The position numbers were made by a program, and so were the translations under genes. The notes beneath the pieces were generated by a model, which was not told the DNA's origin, made no database searches, and saw nothing but the letters and a program-made list of their open reading frames with translations. This document shows, piece by piece, positions 37,092 to 50,931 of a stretch of DNA of 64,000 bases. Numbering within the stretch: position 1 is the first letter of the stretch; each line of letters begins with the position of its first letter. Origin of the DNA: Camelus dromedarius (taxonomy: Eukaryota); contig NC_087436.1 in assembly GCF_036321535.1 (NCBI RefSeq), positions 24,492,001 through 24,556,000 on the forward strand, given 5' to 3'.

Positions 37092-37165
37092 ATGGGGAGG
37101 GTAATAGCTTAGTGGTAGAGCTCATGCTTAGTATGCGTGAGGTCCTGGGTTCAATCCCTAGTACG
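37092..37165 (+). mobile_element. tRNA-Ala-derived SINE
   Basis: ggggagggtaatagcttagtggtagag...gtcctgggttcaatccc. Confidence 0.85.
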
Positions 37166-38269
37166 TTCCTTTAAAAAATAAAAGGGAAATATGTTCTTTG
37201 TGTGTATCTAAATCTTTTACTCATTTGCATATCCATTCATCAGATGTCTGGAACCAATATGATAGTCCTCTAAATTGTATTCTTAAACTTTTCATTAGCT
37301 GGTATAATAATTATAGAGAGCAATCACCAAAATTGGGAATAATTCTACCAAAGCTTTATTTAAAATTGAACAACAACCTTCAAACTGACACGTAATAGGA
37401 TCTTACCAGACGCATGAAGCTCCACTATGAAAAAATCCACCCTTGAAAGATCTATCTGCAGAAAACTGCCTGGAAGTTTAGCATTAAAGGAACTGCTAGA
37501 TTGTAAATGTAATCATAAGTAAAGACTGTGTGCCTTCAGGGCCACGTAGAATTATTTACATCAGAATTGAGACCCTTCCTTGCAAATGAGCAGATATCCT
37601 TAAACCTGTGTGAACTGACTGGGAAATTGTATTTTGTAGCATAATATTACTACATAGGCACTCTACTCAAATGGGATCACCAGCCACTTTCAAACTTTTA
37701 AAAGCATCAGAACATTTCCATTAAAACTCAAGGTTTTGTTGTTGTTGTTACTGTTTTTGTGAAATTAGTAGGCAATCTGTAGTATCCATACTATGTAAGA
37801 AGTGAGTACTGTTGGGGTCTAGAAGGCTATCAGTTCCAAGTGGAGTGAACTCTGCAATCGGTGATAAGGCCAGAAAACAGCAGTGAATAGAGTCAACATA
37901 CGACAAGGAGCAGGAGAATGTAGCAGAGACAGTTCAGGGCAGGGAGTGGCTTCTCAGGCTTTGCTTAGTCTATAGAGACTAATGTCTTACAAAACTTTCA
38001 ATTCTCCTGTTTCATCATAAAAATCAGTGCAATTTGGCCTTCTGTGCCATAACATATCTGTTTGTTTTATTTTTTAATTTTTAAAATTTTAATATTTTTC
38101 AGTGTTTGTTTTAAATAAACTTGTTTTACTCCTAAATCCTGGCGTGAAATGTGTATCGCATAGAAGATGTGCTATATTTATTGTGTGGCTTCAAAGAATG
38201 TCCTGCCACATTGCCAAGGGTCAGACTCTTGTGCTGAGAGTGAGCCAGGTTAGTACTGAGTACTGGAAA

Positions 38270-38860
38270 GTACACAGCTTTGGAATGAGATAGAGCAGAG
38301 GTGAAATTCCAGCTCTGATGTGTAGAAGCTGCATGAATTTGAACAAGTTATTTAACCAGTCTGAGCTTCAGTTTCCTCAACTGTAGAATGGTTTTAACCA
38401 CACCTGTCTGAGAATGGCTAGGCATTTTCCTTTTCTTCTTGAGCAACAGCACCCTGAGTTTTAGTGGGGCTTGGTATCACCAGTTAAAAGATGCTATTTT
38501 CTAGCCTTCTTTGCTCAAAGGTAGGGCCATATGACTAAATTTGGGTTTACAGTGTGTAAAAGGAAGCTTTATTTGGTACTTCTGAAGATTCGCCTTAAAA
38601 GAGAAGTGTGTACCCTTTTTTGTAATTCTCTGTATGTTTCCTGGAATGTGGTTGTGATGACTGGAATTCTGGAAACCATTTAGAATCATGAGAATGAAGG
38701 TTAGATCCTTGTTGAAAGAGAGACTTGAAAGGAGACTGGTATACCACCCCAGAACTGCCCACCTCTGGTCATTTTTTACATGAGAGAAAATGAACTTCTA
38801 TCAAAAAAAAAAAACCACAATAGGAGGGATAAAGAACTCCTTTATAGCCAGCTGAACCTA
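38270..38860. mobile_element. MIR fragment followed by MLT1 LTR fragment
   Basis: ctgagcttcagtttcctcaactgtagaatgg; agagaaaatgaacttcta...gcagctgaacctaa. Confidence 0.5.
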
Positions 38861-38906
38861 ACAGATTCTAGTGGATTTTAATAACAGATTATAACCTAAC
38901 AGATAT

Positions 38907-38938
<32 letters not shown>

Positions 38939-39394
38939 TATATATAAAATGTACATTATATATAACATAGATTTATAATATAGTATTAGTACATTACATT
39001 AATCAAAGAAGATAAAGTATCTAGTCCAGGCAGAATCTGGAACTGAATAAATATAGCTTCTGCAAAGTAACACAAAATAAAAGATGAAGTTAAGTGTGGT
39101 CCTAAGAATACCTATTTCCAGAGGACATCATCTGTCTAGAGCAAAAAACCAAAGAAAGTTGTAATTCAGTCAATTGTATGATAACTATTGTAATGTGAAG
39201 GCATGATGATCCGTTAACCAAAGGAAAGTCTATAATGGATAGAACCAAAGAATAAAAATTGTTATATATTACCTGTCGAGGTGATTGTGTTATATTAGCT
39301 ACATAGAAATACACCCAGAGTGGACAAAGAGGTTCACCTAGCCACCACAGCTTGATGACATGATTCTTACAACCATGTTATTCCTTTTTGTTAT

Positions 39395-40720
39395 AAAGCT
39401 TTATTTTTTATATACTTTCAAATGTATAGAAAAAAATTGCAAGAATAGTACAAAGAACTCTCATGTAACTTCTACCCAAATTCACCAATTAACATTTTCC
39501 CCATTTACTTTATCGCTGGCTGTTTTTAAAATGAACTATTTGAGAGTAAGTCATAGACATTGTGCTCTATTTCTCTTAATTACTCTGTGTGTATTTCCTG
39601 AGAACAATGACGTTGTCTGTCGTACATAACCACCAGTTTAACTTTGGTACAGCACTGTTGTCTGATCCACAGATACTAAAATTTTGCCAGTTGTCCCAAT
39701 AACATCCCTTATAACTATGTATTTTTTCCCAGTCCAGGATTCAATCCAGGATCATGCATTGCATTTAGTTGCTGAGTCTTTCTAGTCTGCTTTAATCTGA
39801 AACCTTAACCTTTCTTTGGTTTTCATGACTTAAAACTTTTGAAGAGTATAAACAAGATACGTGGAATGACCCTCAATTTGGACTTGTCTAATATTTCATG
39901 ATTAAACTCAGGTTGTTCATTTTTTGACAGGACTACCGTAGAAGTGATACTGTTTCTTTTTCAGTGCTTGGTATCAAGAGACTCATGATGCCAGTTTGTT
40001 TTATTTTTGGTGATATTAACTTTGACCCCTTAGTTAAGGTGGTATCCACCAAGAAGCTGTTTAATGGTACATACGGAAATTTTCTTTATAAAAAGAGTGA
40101 ATGCTTTTCTGCTTTCCCTTTCTCCATCCTGCTTCCTGGAATATGGATAGAAACTGTAAAATTACTATTTTTCTCTTTTTAAGTAATAAATGGAGACGTA
40201 CTTTCACGTACTTTCAGACTATGTTAATATCATGTCCTTCATGAAACTTTCACCTACTGGTTTTACATCCATTGATGATTTTGGCCTAAGTCAATTATTA
40301 CTATAATTGTTGGAAAATAATAAATTTCTGACTCCACTCCATCATTCTGTCTACATTAATAAATTAGCATTCTGATTTAAGGAAGAGCTTTTCTTTTCCC
40401 TCACTTATGGAGGTATGTATGCCAGTGGAGGAATATATGGACTAATGGATCCTTATTTTATTCTAATAGGTTAAAATCCATTACTATTATAATTAACTTC
40501 CATGATTAAACTGTAGCATATTTGGCCACCGGTAGCCCCTTCGAGTTAGGTCTTGTGTCCTTTTGACACATTCCCATGATTTTAGAGGGTCTCATTATTA
40601 TTTTCTGGTGCAAAAAGATGTTCTAGGCTCATTTTTGTGCTTTCCCCGCCCAACCATGAAAGCAGTCATTTCTTTAAAGAAGCCTGGTTCTTTTTTGTGG
40701 GGGATGGTATTATTTCTTTT
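39395..40720 (-). mobile_element. L1MC-like 3' region
   Basis: aaattgcaagaatagtacaaagaactc...ccaggatcatgcattgcatttagttg typical of L1MC 3' UTR. Confidence 0.7.
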
Positions 40721-40948
40721 TCAAAGATTTGTTTTTGGAATGATTAATACATTCATGTCATAAAAATTTTTTAGGATAGTGTGAAAGGGTCAGTGTCAAA
40801 TTAATCTCTGTCCCTCCCTTGTCCTCTTACTCACATGTGCAGTTCCCCTCCCTAGAGACAATCTCTGTTACCAGTTTCTTCTGTTTGCCTCCAAATACTC
40901 CACATGTGAATAAGCAAATACACATACCCACACATTTTGTACACATTA

Positions 40949-41657
40949 TGTTGCCAAATCCAAACTTGTTTTGCTCGCTGCACGGCAAGCCAATAAATCG
41001 GGAGATGAGGTATTGGGGCAAGGAATAGCGACTTTATTCAGAAAGCCAGCAGACCGAGAGGATGGCAGACTAATGTCTTGGAGAACCATCCTGCTGTAGT
41101 CAGAATACAGGATCCTTTTATACAAAAAATACGGGAGGGGGAGGGAAAATGAGGGAGGGGGTGTGTTTGATTGTTGTAATCTTCTTGCTGCAGGCATTCT
41201 TTGTTCTTGCAGCCATCCCTGTGGGCCAGGTCATGGTGTCCCTGTAAACCTACCGCAAAACAAAGGTTGTTCTCGACTGTAATTACTCTGCATCTTGTTT
41301 TTATTAATGTATCTTGGAGGTCTTTTTTGTATTTTGTCCTAATGATATTGTTTCCATCCTACTTTCTTGATCCATGATCATTGTTTCTTTTATTTTTAAT
41401 TGAAATACAGTAGATTTACAATGTTGTTTTAATTTCTGGTGTACAGCATAGTGATTCCGTTGTACATGTCCATATATATATATATTCCTTTTCATTATAG
41501 GCTATTACGAGGTATTGAATATAGTTCCTTGTGCTATACAGTAGATCCTTTTTGTTTATTTTATATATAGTAATGTCTAAAAATCCCTTTTATATTTTTT
41601 GATGGTTTCAGGTTTAGTCCAGACTCCTTAAGTTTCTCACAATCCAATGACTTCAAA
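40949..41657 (-). mobile_element. ERV LTR interrupted by a short L1 3' end (about 41385-41575)
   Basis: Starts tgttgccaaatcc; U5-like gactttattcagaaagccagcagaccgagagg; right boundary approximate. Confidence 0.6.
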
Positions 41658-42017
41658 CTTTGCCTTTATTTGTTATTGTACAGTTCTATGAGTCTTGGCA
41701 AATATATATACCACCACAATACAAATGAGACTATTTCCAACACTCTGAAAACTTCCCTTGTGCTCCTTCCTAATAAATCCTCCCCAAATCGTGGCCACTA
41801 CTCAGGTAACTATCAATCTCCTATCTACTATTATACATTAGATTTGCTTTTGCTACAGTTTGATATAAATGGAATATACAATATGTACTCTTCAGAATGC
41901 TTTTGTGATTCATGTGTGTTGTTACGTGTCTATTAATGCCCTCCATGTTATTACCGATTAGTATTCCATATACAATTTGCATATCCATTCACCTGTTGTT
42001 GGACATTTAGATTGTGT

Positions 42018-42585
42018 TGTAGGGGAGCAAAATTTGCTGCTCCAAAATGTCCCTTTGGCATGCAAATTATTTCCAAATGAAAACAATCAAAGTTCATAAA
42101 CACTCAGAAAGATTCTTTGACCTTCCCCCTAACTGCTTGAAGACTTTAGATAGAGTGTCTATTCCCAGAATAAAGCTGTCACTAGAGAGATCTGCCAAGA
42201 ATATGGGCTAGGTGTGGTGGGGTGGAGGACACTACAGGCAGGGCCTAGATACCAGAATCCACGCTGTGTCCCACTGTCTCTGCATGGCCCAGCAAACATT
42301 TATTTGTCAAACATTTGATTTTCCATCTCCGTGTGAATTGTCTTCCTCTCCTTTGAAGTCCCAAACCACTAGCCCAACATCTTTTGTCTTTAGCTGACAG
42401 TGGTATTTGAGGTGAGGGTTTCTATCATTTTGGCAAGTTACTCAGTTGTCCTGGGTTTCCCCCATGTATACATGTTATTAAACTTTTGTGTGATTTTTTC
42501 CTGTTTATCTGTCTCATGTCAATTTAATTCTTAGATCAGCCAGAAGAACCTAGAAGGGTAGAGGGAAATTTCTTCCTCCACGACA
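42018..42585 (+). mobile_element. Family C solo LTR inserted in an old L1 (41660-42780)
   Basis: TG...CA; reverse-complement similarity to 30019-30555. Confidence 0.8.
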
Positions 42586-43750
42586 ATATGCTGCTTTGAT
42601 TTTTAAGAATAAAGTGCTGTGGACATTCACGTGCTAGTCTTTGTGTGGACATACGTTTTCATTTCCTTTGGATAAATGCCTAGGACTAGAATGGCTGAAT
42701 TGGATGGTAAATGCACTGTTATATAAAAAACAAACAAACAAACAAACAAAACTGCCATACTGTTTTTCAAGTGTCTGTTACCCAGGAAGACAGAGAACCT
42801 CACTCTGTTAAGTATAGGAGAACAGAATTTGCCACCCCAAAATGTGTCTCTGGAATATTATTTTAAACTGGTTATTTTCTAAGTAATAGCAGACATGGGA
42901 GAAAAACTGAAAACCAAGTAGGAGTTACCCTTTCTTATGTGTTGGAAAAAAATTCTGCCCTTAAGGAAACAAAAGTCCTTCTAGGAGGAGCTGGCATTTC
43001 TCTCCCTGTGCCTTCCAGATGTACCTGGTCTTCTCCAGGAACTCTTATCTGGGCCATCTCTTTAAAATGCAGATTTCAGGAAAGGAGAAAGTTCATTTGG
43101 AATGTGGCTTGTCAAAGACAAGCAAATCTTAAGTGTCTTCTGCACAAATATTAGTGGAAAGGGTTTTAGCCATTTGAACAGGAGACTGATTTGTTCTATC
43201 TGCTGAATACCCAATTTGAGTCCAACTTCTTTTATCACTGGTAGGTTTTATATTATTTTACCTGATTCATTGAATTTTGGAATGGGAGCTATGGGGTCTG
43301 TTTACATCTGTTCATATTTTTGTGCATGTCTATGTATGATACTGTAGATGTGTGGTATTTTCTACCTCCTGTTGGTATTGCCAAAATTAATTTATAAATG
43401 AGCTGTGTTTAACTGGCTTAAAGAAAATTAAGTGCTTATATAAATTCTCAGAAATATAATAGGCATTAACCCAAATTTTTTTTCTCAATTCATGTGATCT
43501 AGGATTAATACTTGTAAGTAAAAATAAGTTTAAGCTCATTGATTTAATCAAATAGGTTTATCTTTAGCATTATCATCATTAAATGTATAACTTTTATTCT
43601 ATCTAGTTTACCGAAAGTCAAATAAGTTCATGTTATTTGGTACAAAATTTGTCAAAAAGAAAAGTTACTTGGTATAATAAAATTTTCATAAGTAAATAAA
43701 TGTAAATGGGATGAGAGTCTTTAGGTGAACTCTTTAAGAATAATTATTGT

Positions 43751-44243
43751 TGTGGGACATATTGGGGTGGCCTGTTGGTGAGCCAGTGACTTGTGGGTTG
43801 GTAAAAGAATTTACCAGAGGTAAAGTATAGGAACAGAAAGGAGTTTATTAGGGTTCACCATCATAGACAACAGTGGGCCACACAGACAAGAGATGCCTGT
43901 GTGAGCACTGGGATGGAAATACAGGGTCTTTTATTAGGGGGAGGAGTTGGTGGTCACAGTGGGTTGGGGGCTGTGTGGTTAGCTCATGCACAAGTTCTGA
44001 TTGGTTATAGATGGAGGTAAGAAGTTTAGGGCCCAGGAAGGGCAATGGGGTTTATGACTTTTATAAGGTGGGCTGAAATGAGTCACCCTGATCTATCATG
44101 AGATTAAACATTACCTAGGGCTACCAGGTGGTTATGGCAAACCTGCCCAGTAAAGAATATACTCTATCTTTTGAGGAACCACCAGCATCTGAGAGCCCAG
44201 GAATGGGGGTCTTTGGACTTTAAGGACATCAGTTGGCCCCACA
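43751..44243 (-). mobile_element. Nested solo LTR
   Basis: Terminal tgtggg...cccaca inverted repeat; tttatt poly(A) signal near left end. Confidence 0.65.
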
Positions 44244-44263
44244 ATAATGTTTTATGGTATGTG

Positions 44264-44796
44264 TGTTTTGGGGAGGAAGAAATTGTCCTCTATCCTTCTA
44301 GGTTCTTCTGGCTGATCTAAGAATTAAATTGATATGAAGCAGTTGGAAAGGAGAAAATCACACAAAAGTTTAATAACGTGTGTATAGGAGAGAGACCTGG
44401 GAAAACTGAGTAACTTGCCAAGACAGCTAAAGCCCTCACCTTAAATAGCATCCTCAGCTAAAGAAAAAGAGAATGTTGAGTACTGTCAGTTAAGGGAGGC
44501 TAACAGGAAAAGCACAGCAAACAAGGGTGATTATGAAGCCAACTGTCATTGATAAGACTGTTAATGATAAGTGTTTCTAGAGATTTGGCCATCCTCCTCT
44601 TCCAGGTACAGAGAGGGAGACATCCTTACATGTGGAGATTTCCCTTACAAAGATAAGTGTTTCTTACAAAAGGGAAATTCCTACTAGGTTTTTCAGAGCC
44701 CTTCCCATGTCTACTGTATCTCAGAAAATAACCAGCCTAAAACAATCAAAATGCCAAAGAGACATGTTGTAGAGTGGCAAATTCTTCTCCCCTACA
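44264..44796 (-). mobile_element. Nested family C solo LTR
   Basis: Similar to 30019-30555, ends cccctaca. Confidence 0.8.
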
Positions 44797-44798
44797 TC

Positions 44799-45403
44799 TG
44801 TCCCAGAAAGAATTCAGAGACAAGACGTAGTGGTTAAAAAAGGTAAAGTGAGGATTTATTAAGGGATGGACAGTACACTCTCAGGGGAGAGCGGGCAGGC
44901 TCAGGTGAGTGGCTGCCCTGAGTTTCTTTGGCAAGTTAGTTACATAGGGTGTAAAAATGAATGGGCAGAATATTCACTGGGGAGGGAAGGGCTTGGGGTC
45001 GTATTCCCTGATTATCATCCCAACTCCACCTTCCCAAAGGGAGGAGGGATTTTTGTTCTCATTTAGTCTGGATGGGAAGTGTCATGGCTTCGGTGCATGA
45101 TGGGTACTTCTGATCTGCAAGGCTAATTTTATTGAAATGAGGGCATAATGAGCAAAAGGTTACATACAGACACTGGAAATTCCTGCCTTTTCTCACCTTT
45201 TTTTGTTGGTCTCCAGGCCAAAAGACGTGGCCCTTTATCTCCCAAAGGTTCCTGCTTTTCTTTCTCTGCCCAGGGACCCCTGGTGCTTAAATGATGTGTG
45301 GTTTCCTGCATTTGGCCTGTGCCCCTCCTTTCTGCCCAATTCCTGCCATTTGTTCTGTGTCCCCCTTTTTCTGCTCATATCTAGCTATCTGCCTGCTCTA
45401 ACA
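44799..45403 (-). mobile_element. Nested solo LTR
   Basis: TG...CA with perfect TSD catc 44795-44798 / 45404-45407. Confidence 0.8.
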
Positions 45404-46319
45404 CATCTACTTAAAAATATTTTCTCCATATCTTTTTAACTCAAAACTTTGGAGTTTTACTAAGTTAAGCTAAATGATGGGAGTCCATTGACTGTCTAGG
45501 TCATTTCCAAATAAGGTAAAATACTTAAAGATGAAACATTAATTGCTAAACAAGTCTGTTTACCTACTTTAGTCTTATTACTGAAAAACTAAAAACGTTT
45601 AGGTTTATTAAATACATATCACGTACCACATTGAAAAAAGAAATTATGTTATAAGGGAATATATGTTTCTAGAAATCATAATTTTGGCAATCAAATACTG
45701 ATATAACAAACATTTCACAATTGCTTAATTCTTCATTTTCAGTATAAATTAAGGTTTCTAAGATTAAGAATTCTAATTAATATATGTAATTGGAGATACT
45801 AAAATTAATAAGGAAAATATTTTCATAGGCAAGGGGAAAAAAAGCATAAAGAATGAAAATGCATTTTGTTAAGAGAAAAAGTAATTTCTAAAGAGATTTA
45901 AGAGAGAGAGAGAGCAAGTATAGGACAAAATCTGAATGTAAAAATTATAGGTTTGTAAGAAAAGGAACCTTGAGAAAAGAGTTTTTTGTGTGGTATGGTC
46001 TGAACTGGCTAAGATTAGAATGAATTTAATTGAGTTAATGAATTCTAATATTAAAGGTAAGCTTTTCACAACAGATTGCAAAATTTCTTTGCCTTTAAGT
46101 AATCTGTTGTAACTTTCTATATTTACCTTTGAAGTCTTTTAAAGTCACATTGGTTAAATGGATAAGTATTGTTTCACAGTTACCTGTGATCCTTTTTGAC
46201 CAAATGTTTTAAGATCTTTGACAAACTTTCCCAAGTCAAAATTTAAGTAAATTCTTTTGACCTCTAGGGAACTTGAGGCCATTTCAGAGGGCCCTGAAAC
46301 ATCGCAGAGATGTTAATTA

Positions 46320-46966
46320 TGATACAAGAAAAACGAATGTGGGGTGAGAAGAGGGCCGTGCCCCAGGTCTCAGTTGAGTCCCTGGAATGTGCCACACCAA
46401 GTGTGGGTCCTTGGTTTCATGCAGGAAAAAATTCGAGACACAGCCACAGTTGAGTAAAGATAGATTTATTTAGAGAGGTACGTACTACATAGAGTATAGA
46501 CTGTTTCAGAAGGTGAGAGAAAGACCACGAGGTGTGGGGGCTGGGTGCTCAGGTTAAAGTGGATACACCATAGACAGAGTGTGGGCTGTCTCTGAAGCGG
46601 AGGTAGCTAGAGAGGCCGCAAGGCGCCATGTTGCCAGGTTTTATGGGCTCGGTAGCTTCTCATGCCAAGTGGGAGGACCATTCCAACTACTCCGGGAAAG
46701 GGGCTGGGATTCCTAGGAATTGGACCACTGCCCACTGTATGACCTTTAGGGGCAGACTCGTAGCTGTCATGGCACCTGTGAGAGTGTCATTTACCGTGCT
46801 AATATATTTCAGTAAGCATATAATGAAGCTCCAGGTCTACTAGAAGTCAAATCTCCTGCCATGTGAGCCTCAAGGCCCACTGGGAGATGAATCTTCCACC
46901 ATTCTGGTGTTAATTGCTGTGCCACTCCTTGAATGCTTGTGACCTGCCCCCTTCCCTCCTGTCTCA
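46320..46966 (-). mobile_element. Family A solo LTR copy 2
   Basis: TG...CA, perfect TSD atta/atta. Confidence 0.88.
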
Positions 46967-47040
46967 ATTAGGCTTACTTGGATATTAAATTACATGAGAA
47001 ACATTGTCAAATAAGTGATGATAAACCTTCTTAGGTTATA

Positions 47041-47221
47041 TTAGGGTCCTTTTTTTCAAAATTCCACAATTTTATTTCTTTCTTTTTTGGGGGAGGAGGA
47101 GGAGGTTATTGGGTTTATTTATTTGTTTATTTAATTTTTGTTTTAAATGGATGTGCTGGGGTTTGAACCAAGGACCTCATGCATGCTAAGCATGCACTCT
47201 ACCATTGAGCTATACCTTTCC
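47041..47221 (-). mobile_element. tRNA-Ala SINE with extra 3' sequence
   Basis: 16-bp TSD accttcttaggttata 47025-47040 / 47222-47237. Confidence 0.88.
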
Positions 47222-47437
47222 ACCTTCTTAGGTTATACTGATGCGTAAATGTTATTAATATAAATGTTCTAGAAATTATAAGAAATTCCTAAAATTCAAA
47301 TATGTCCTAGTATGTTATCAGTCATAATCCTAGTTATTATCTTAAAATGTTTTATGTCACAGAAATAAGCAATTTCTTTGTCAATTGCATTATAATCAGA
47401 TCTTTAACCATGCCATCTAAAGATAGTCATTTATAAG

Positions 47438-47590
47438 CGGGACCAGGTATAGTTCAGTGCTAGAGTGTGTGCTTAGCATGCATGAGGTCCTAGGTTCAAT
47501 CTCCAGCACCTCCATTAAAAGAAAAAAGAAAAAAATAAATCTTATTACTTCCTGCTCCCCCCGCCCCAAATAAACAAACAGACAAAAAAC
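47438..47590 (+). mobile_element. tRNA-Ala-derived SINE
   Basis: ggtatagttcagtgctagag...gtcctaggttcaatctccagcacctcc plus A-rich tail. Confidence 0.85.
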
Positions 47591-47884
47591 CTGCTAACAA
47601 AAGATGAAAATCAACAAGAATTACTTAGGACTGAATGAACTGATGAATATGATTATAATTTTTTATGAGTTTTTGTGTGAAATATTTCCGCCTTTTCAAT
47701 TTTTGTTTGCTTTATATAAGGAAAACCTTTCTGTTATACTAATTATGACTTACAGCAATTTAGTAAATTATACCTTTGTAAGCAGAATGGGAACATTTAT
47801 CTTTTTTCTCGTTATCTGATCCCTCCAACATTTGGAAATTCTTAATGTTCTGATCTTCATGGTCAAAGCAATTATCTCTGTACG

Positions 47885-48625
47885 TCTTACCAAACATAAG
47901 TTCATGTGCCCAAGGAACAGTGAGGCCAAGAGAACCAAAATGTTGGAGTTTAGAGCAGAGACAGGTTTATTGCAGGGACAAGCAAAGAGAACAAGTGGCT
48001 CATGCCCTCCCCAAACCCCAAACTATTTGGTGGTTTTGGGAGAGAAGTTTTTAACAGGCAGAATTTGGGGTGAGGGCTACAGGATGTGTGACTTTCTTCT
48101 GCTTGGTTTGTGGTGTCAACTGAAATAAATGCTCAGCCTAAAAGTTATTTGGCAGGAGGACTTGAGCAGGGATGACAGCCTCTCAGATCTCCCTGAGGGG
48201 CTGCTCTGAAGAGGTAGGGGAGGAGCTAGGATATATAGGACCTTTACAACAAAGACCAGGCAGTTGGAATAATAAAAGATTACTTGTTATCTAAAAAAAA
48301 CCAGGCATCTCAAGTTAAAGAATTAAGTGCTTTTCTATATATGGGAGGTAGCAAACCTTTGGGCTCATTGAATTCATTGTTTGACAAGCACCTAGCTATC
48401 TAGGGCCAGTATCCTGTCCTTTATTATTCTGAGTCTCCTCAGAGTGCACCATGGTGAGTGGCTGCAGAGGCTGGGCTGCAGGCTTGTCTTCACTGGGGGG
48501 TGGCGGCAGCTACTGATGACTTGATGGCTTCAGCATTCTTTGTTTACTGATATGGTTTGCAGTATTTTTCATTCACAGTGGTGACGTAACAGGGCAGTGT
48601 TCCAGGAATCTTATGTTCAGCCTGT
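47885..48625 (-). mobile_element. Partial family B LTR with a different solo LTR nested at 48114-48577
   Basis: Nested element TG...CA with perfect TSD gtgg 48110-48113 / 48578-48581. Confidence 0.8.
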
Positions 48626-49042
48626 GCTTTTCCTGGTTACATCCCATAATTGACTCTCCCAACTTTCAACATCCTCTCTTGTCTTTAGCTAAGGATGGTA
48701 TTTAAGGTGAGGACTTCAACCCCTTTGGTGAGTTACTCAGTTTTCCTGGGTCTCTTCCATGTATACGTGTTATTAAGGTTTTTTTTTGATTTTCTACTGT
48801 TAATCTATTTCATGTCAATCTAATTCTGAAGAATAACCTAGAAGGGTAGAGAATTTCTTCCTTCATGACAGGAGATAAGCTAAAGGTTGTTTTTAAAATA
48901 ATACTGTTTTTTCTTTTTATTGTAAATGATACATGAATACAGTCTCACTTTAAGACATTAAATCATTCAAATAACTGAAGAGCAGCCTCACTTCCAGCCC
49001 CTCCTTCCCTTACAGTTTCTTACTCACAGTTTCAGTAAGTTT

Positions 49043-49590
49043 CTTACTTAAAAGTTTATGTGCCTGAGGCACAGTGAGGCTGAAAAAACTGAAAAGTTGG
49101 AAATTAGAGCAGAGACAGGTTTATTGCAGGCCCAAGCAAGGAGAATGGGTGGCTTGTACTAAAAAAAATGTGAACTCATCGATGGTTTTGGGGAAGAAGT
49201 TTTTGTAGGCAAAATTTGGAGTGAGGGCTGCAGGATGTGTGACTTTCTTCTGACTGGTTGTTGGTGAGGTAACAGAGTGGTGTTCCAGGAATCCTGTGCT
49301 TAACCTGAAGTTACCATCCTCTGCCTGGGTGGGGCCTTAGTTCCTGCAGAAGAACTAAAAGATACTGTTAGTGTATTCCTTGAGGAGGAACCAGGATCCT
49401 GCTTGAATAGCTGCACTCTCTTTTCCTGACGGGATTCCCTTACTTCCCTGATTAGCAACAGTTTGAATCTGCCCTTTGGTATGCAGGAAGGTCTAGGAGG
49501 CTGCAGCCTTTATCCTGCAAATAATAAACTGGGGATACAGAAAGGCTTTTGTGTGCAGAAGGGCCCCACAGGATCCTGCTCAGCTTCCTA
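49043..49590 (-). mobile_element. Family B solo LTR
   Basis: High similarity to 25755-26303. Confidence 0.8.
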
Positions 49591-50307
49591 AAGGCACCTA
49601 GGAAGAACTGCAGCTGCAGTGCTCAGGCCAGCAGAACAGAAGGCAGAGGAGGTGTCCGAGATGGGTAGAGCTCTGGGCTTGCTAGCTATAAAAGGATTGC
49701 TTTTCTGCTTTGGGGGAATAATCATGTTTAAGGAAGAGCTGGCTCTCTATAAACATTCTTTCTCTTAGTATATAAAGTGTTTGAAAACCATAGGCAGATC
49801 CCTCCTTCTGGTGCTCATTATTTCTAGGCCGGGTTCCACAGCCCTTTGGGTACAACTCAAAAGAAGTTTAAGTTTCTTAGCATCTCTGTATTCCAGTTAT
49901 ATCCTGGATTCCTGAGGATACACTCTAGATGGAGATTTAGCAGACGCGTGGTCTTTTCCATAACACCCGAAAGATAGGGAAAACAACCATTATGTGTTCT
50001 GTTTTCAGATGTTAAATTCATCCCATTTTTATCGAACCTGGGGGTGGGACAGAGATGCCCTAACTGTAATTCTTAGCAGATTGAGTATTTGCCTTTTTCT
50101 TTAGGAAGAAACATTAAACTATAAATTAGATGGCAGGATACTTGTTTTCCCACAAGATGGTATGTATTGGGGAAGCTCAGTTTCATGGCCACTAACTCTT
50201 ATTTGGGGCAGAAGGTAGAGGGATCTTTAAGCACTCATTCTTGTCCCTTCTATGAATGATTATATTGAGCACCACTAAATTCCAGGTACAGTTCTAGGTG
50301 CTGGGCA

Positions 50308-50931
50308 TGTTATCCAAAAAATTGGGTTTGCCTCTTGATGGATGTTGAGCCAGAAGACACAACCAAGCCAAAGATCAGAGGAAGGAAGAATTTATTATAA
50401 CTTCCAGCATGTGAGGACAACACTGGTGATATTTCCCAATTCAGTTCCTACCCGAACAGCAAATTTGGGGAAGTTTTAAGCTAAGGGTACATGCATATTC
50501 ATGAAGGAGCTTGAGCAAGAGAATTCAGCAAAAAAATTGGGGCCAAGGTTGACAGAGTCTAAACTTTAGTTGATTGAAGTCATGAGGGTTAGAAAGTGTC
50601 AACATCACCATCCTTTATGTTCTAGATGATCTAGTGGTTTAGTGCTTGAGGGGGGTTTAAACTCTGCAAAACTGGTCAAGAAAGTGCTAATCTTTACCAC
50701 TGAAACAGAACTGGGAGTCTTATGGCTGATTCATTTTCTTTGCTATTGTTACTTCTCTTGCTTGATAACAGTTTGTCCTTTTGTTCCCTTAAGATCCTTT
50801 TTACTGAGACCTGTTCAAGGACAAGCACTGAGGCCAGGCTTAGATCATAAGATGGTTTAGGTTAAAAATGGCTTCTCTTCTGTCAAGAAAACCATGCCTA
50901 GTTCTCACTCCTGAAACCTCATCTACTTAGA
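50308..50931 (-). mobile_element. Solo LTR inserted in an L2 3' end
   Basis: TSD ggca 50304-50307 / 50932-50935; L2 sequence continuous across it. Confidence 0.75.

Larger units (their letters stand above)
42813..48871 (+). mobile_element. Decayed ERV1-class provirus (family C LTR pieces at about 42813 and 48640-48871, AT-rich internal sequence) with many nested insertions
   Basis: LTR-start similarity at 42813, LTR-end similarity at 48640-48871, MER4/MER34-int-like interior without intact gag/pol/env. Confidence 0.6.
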
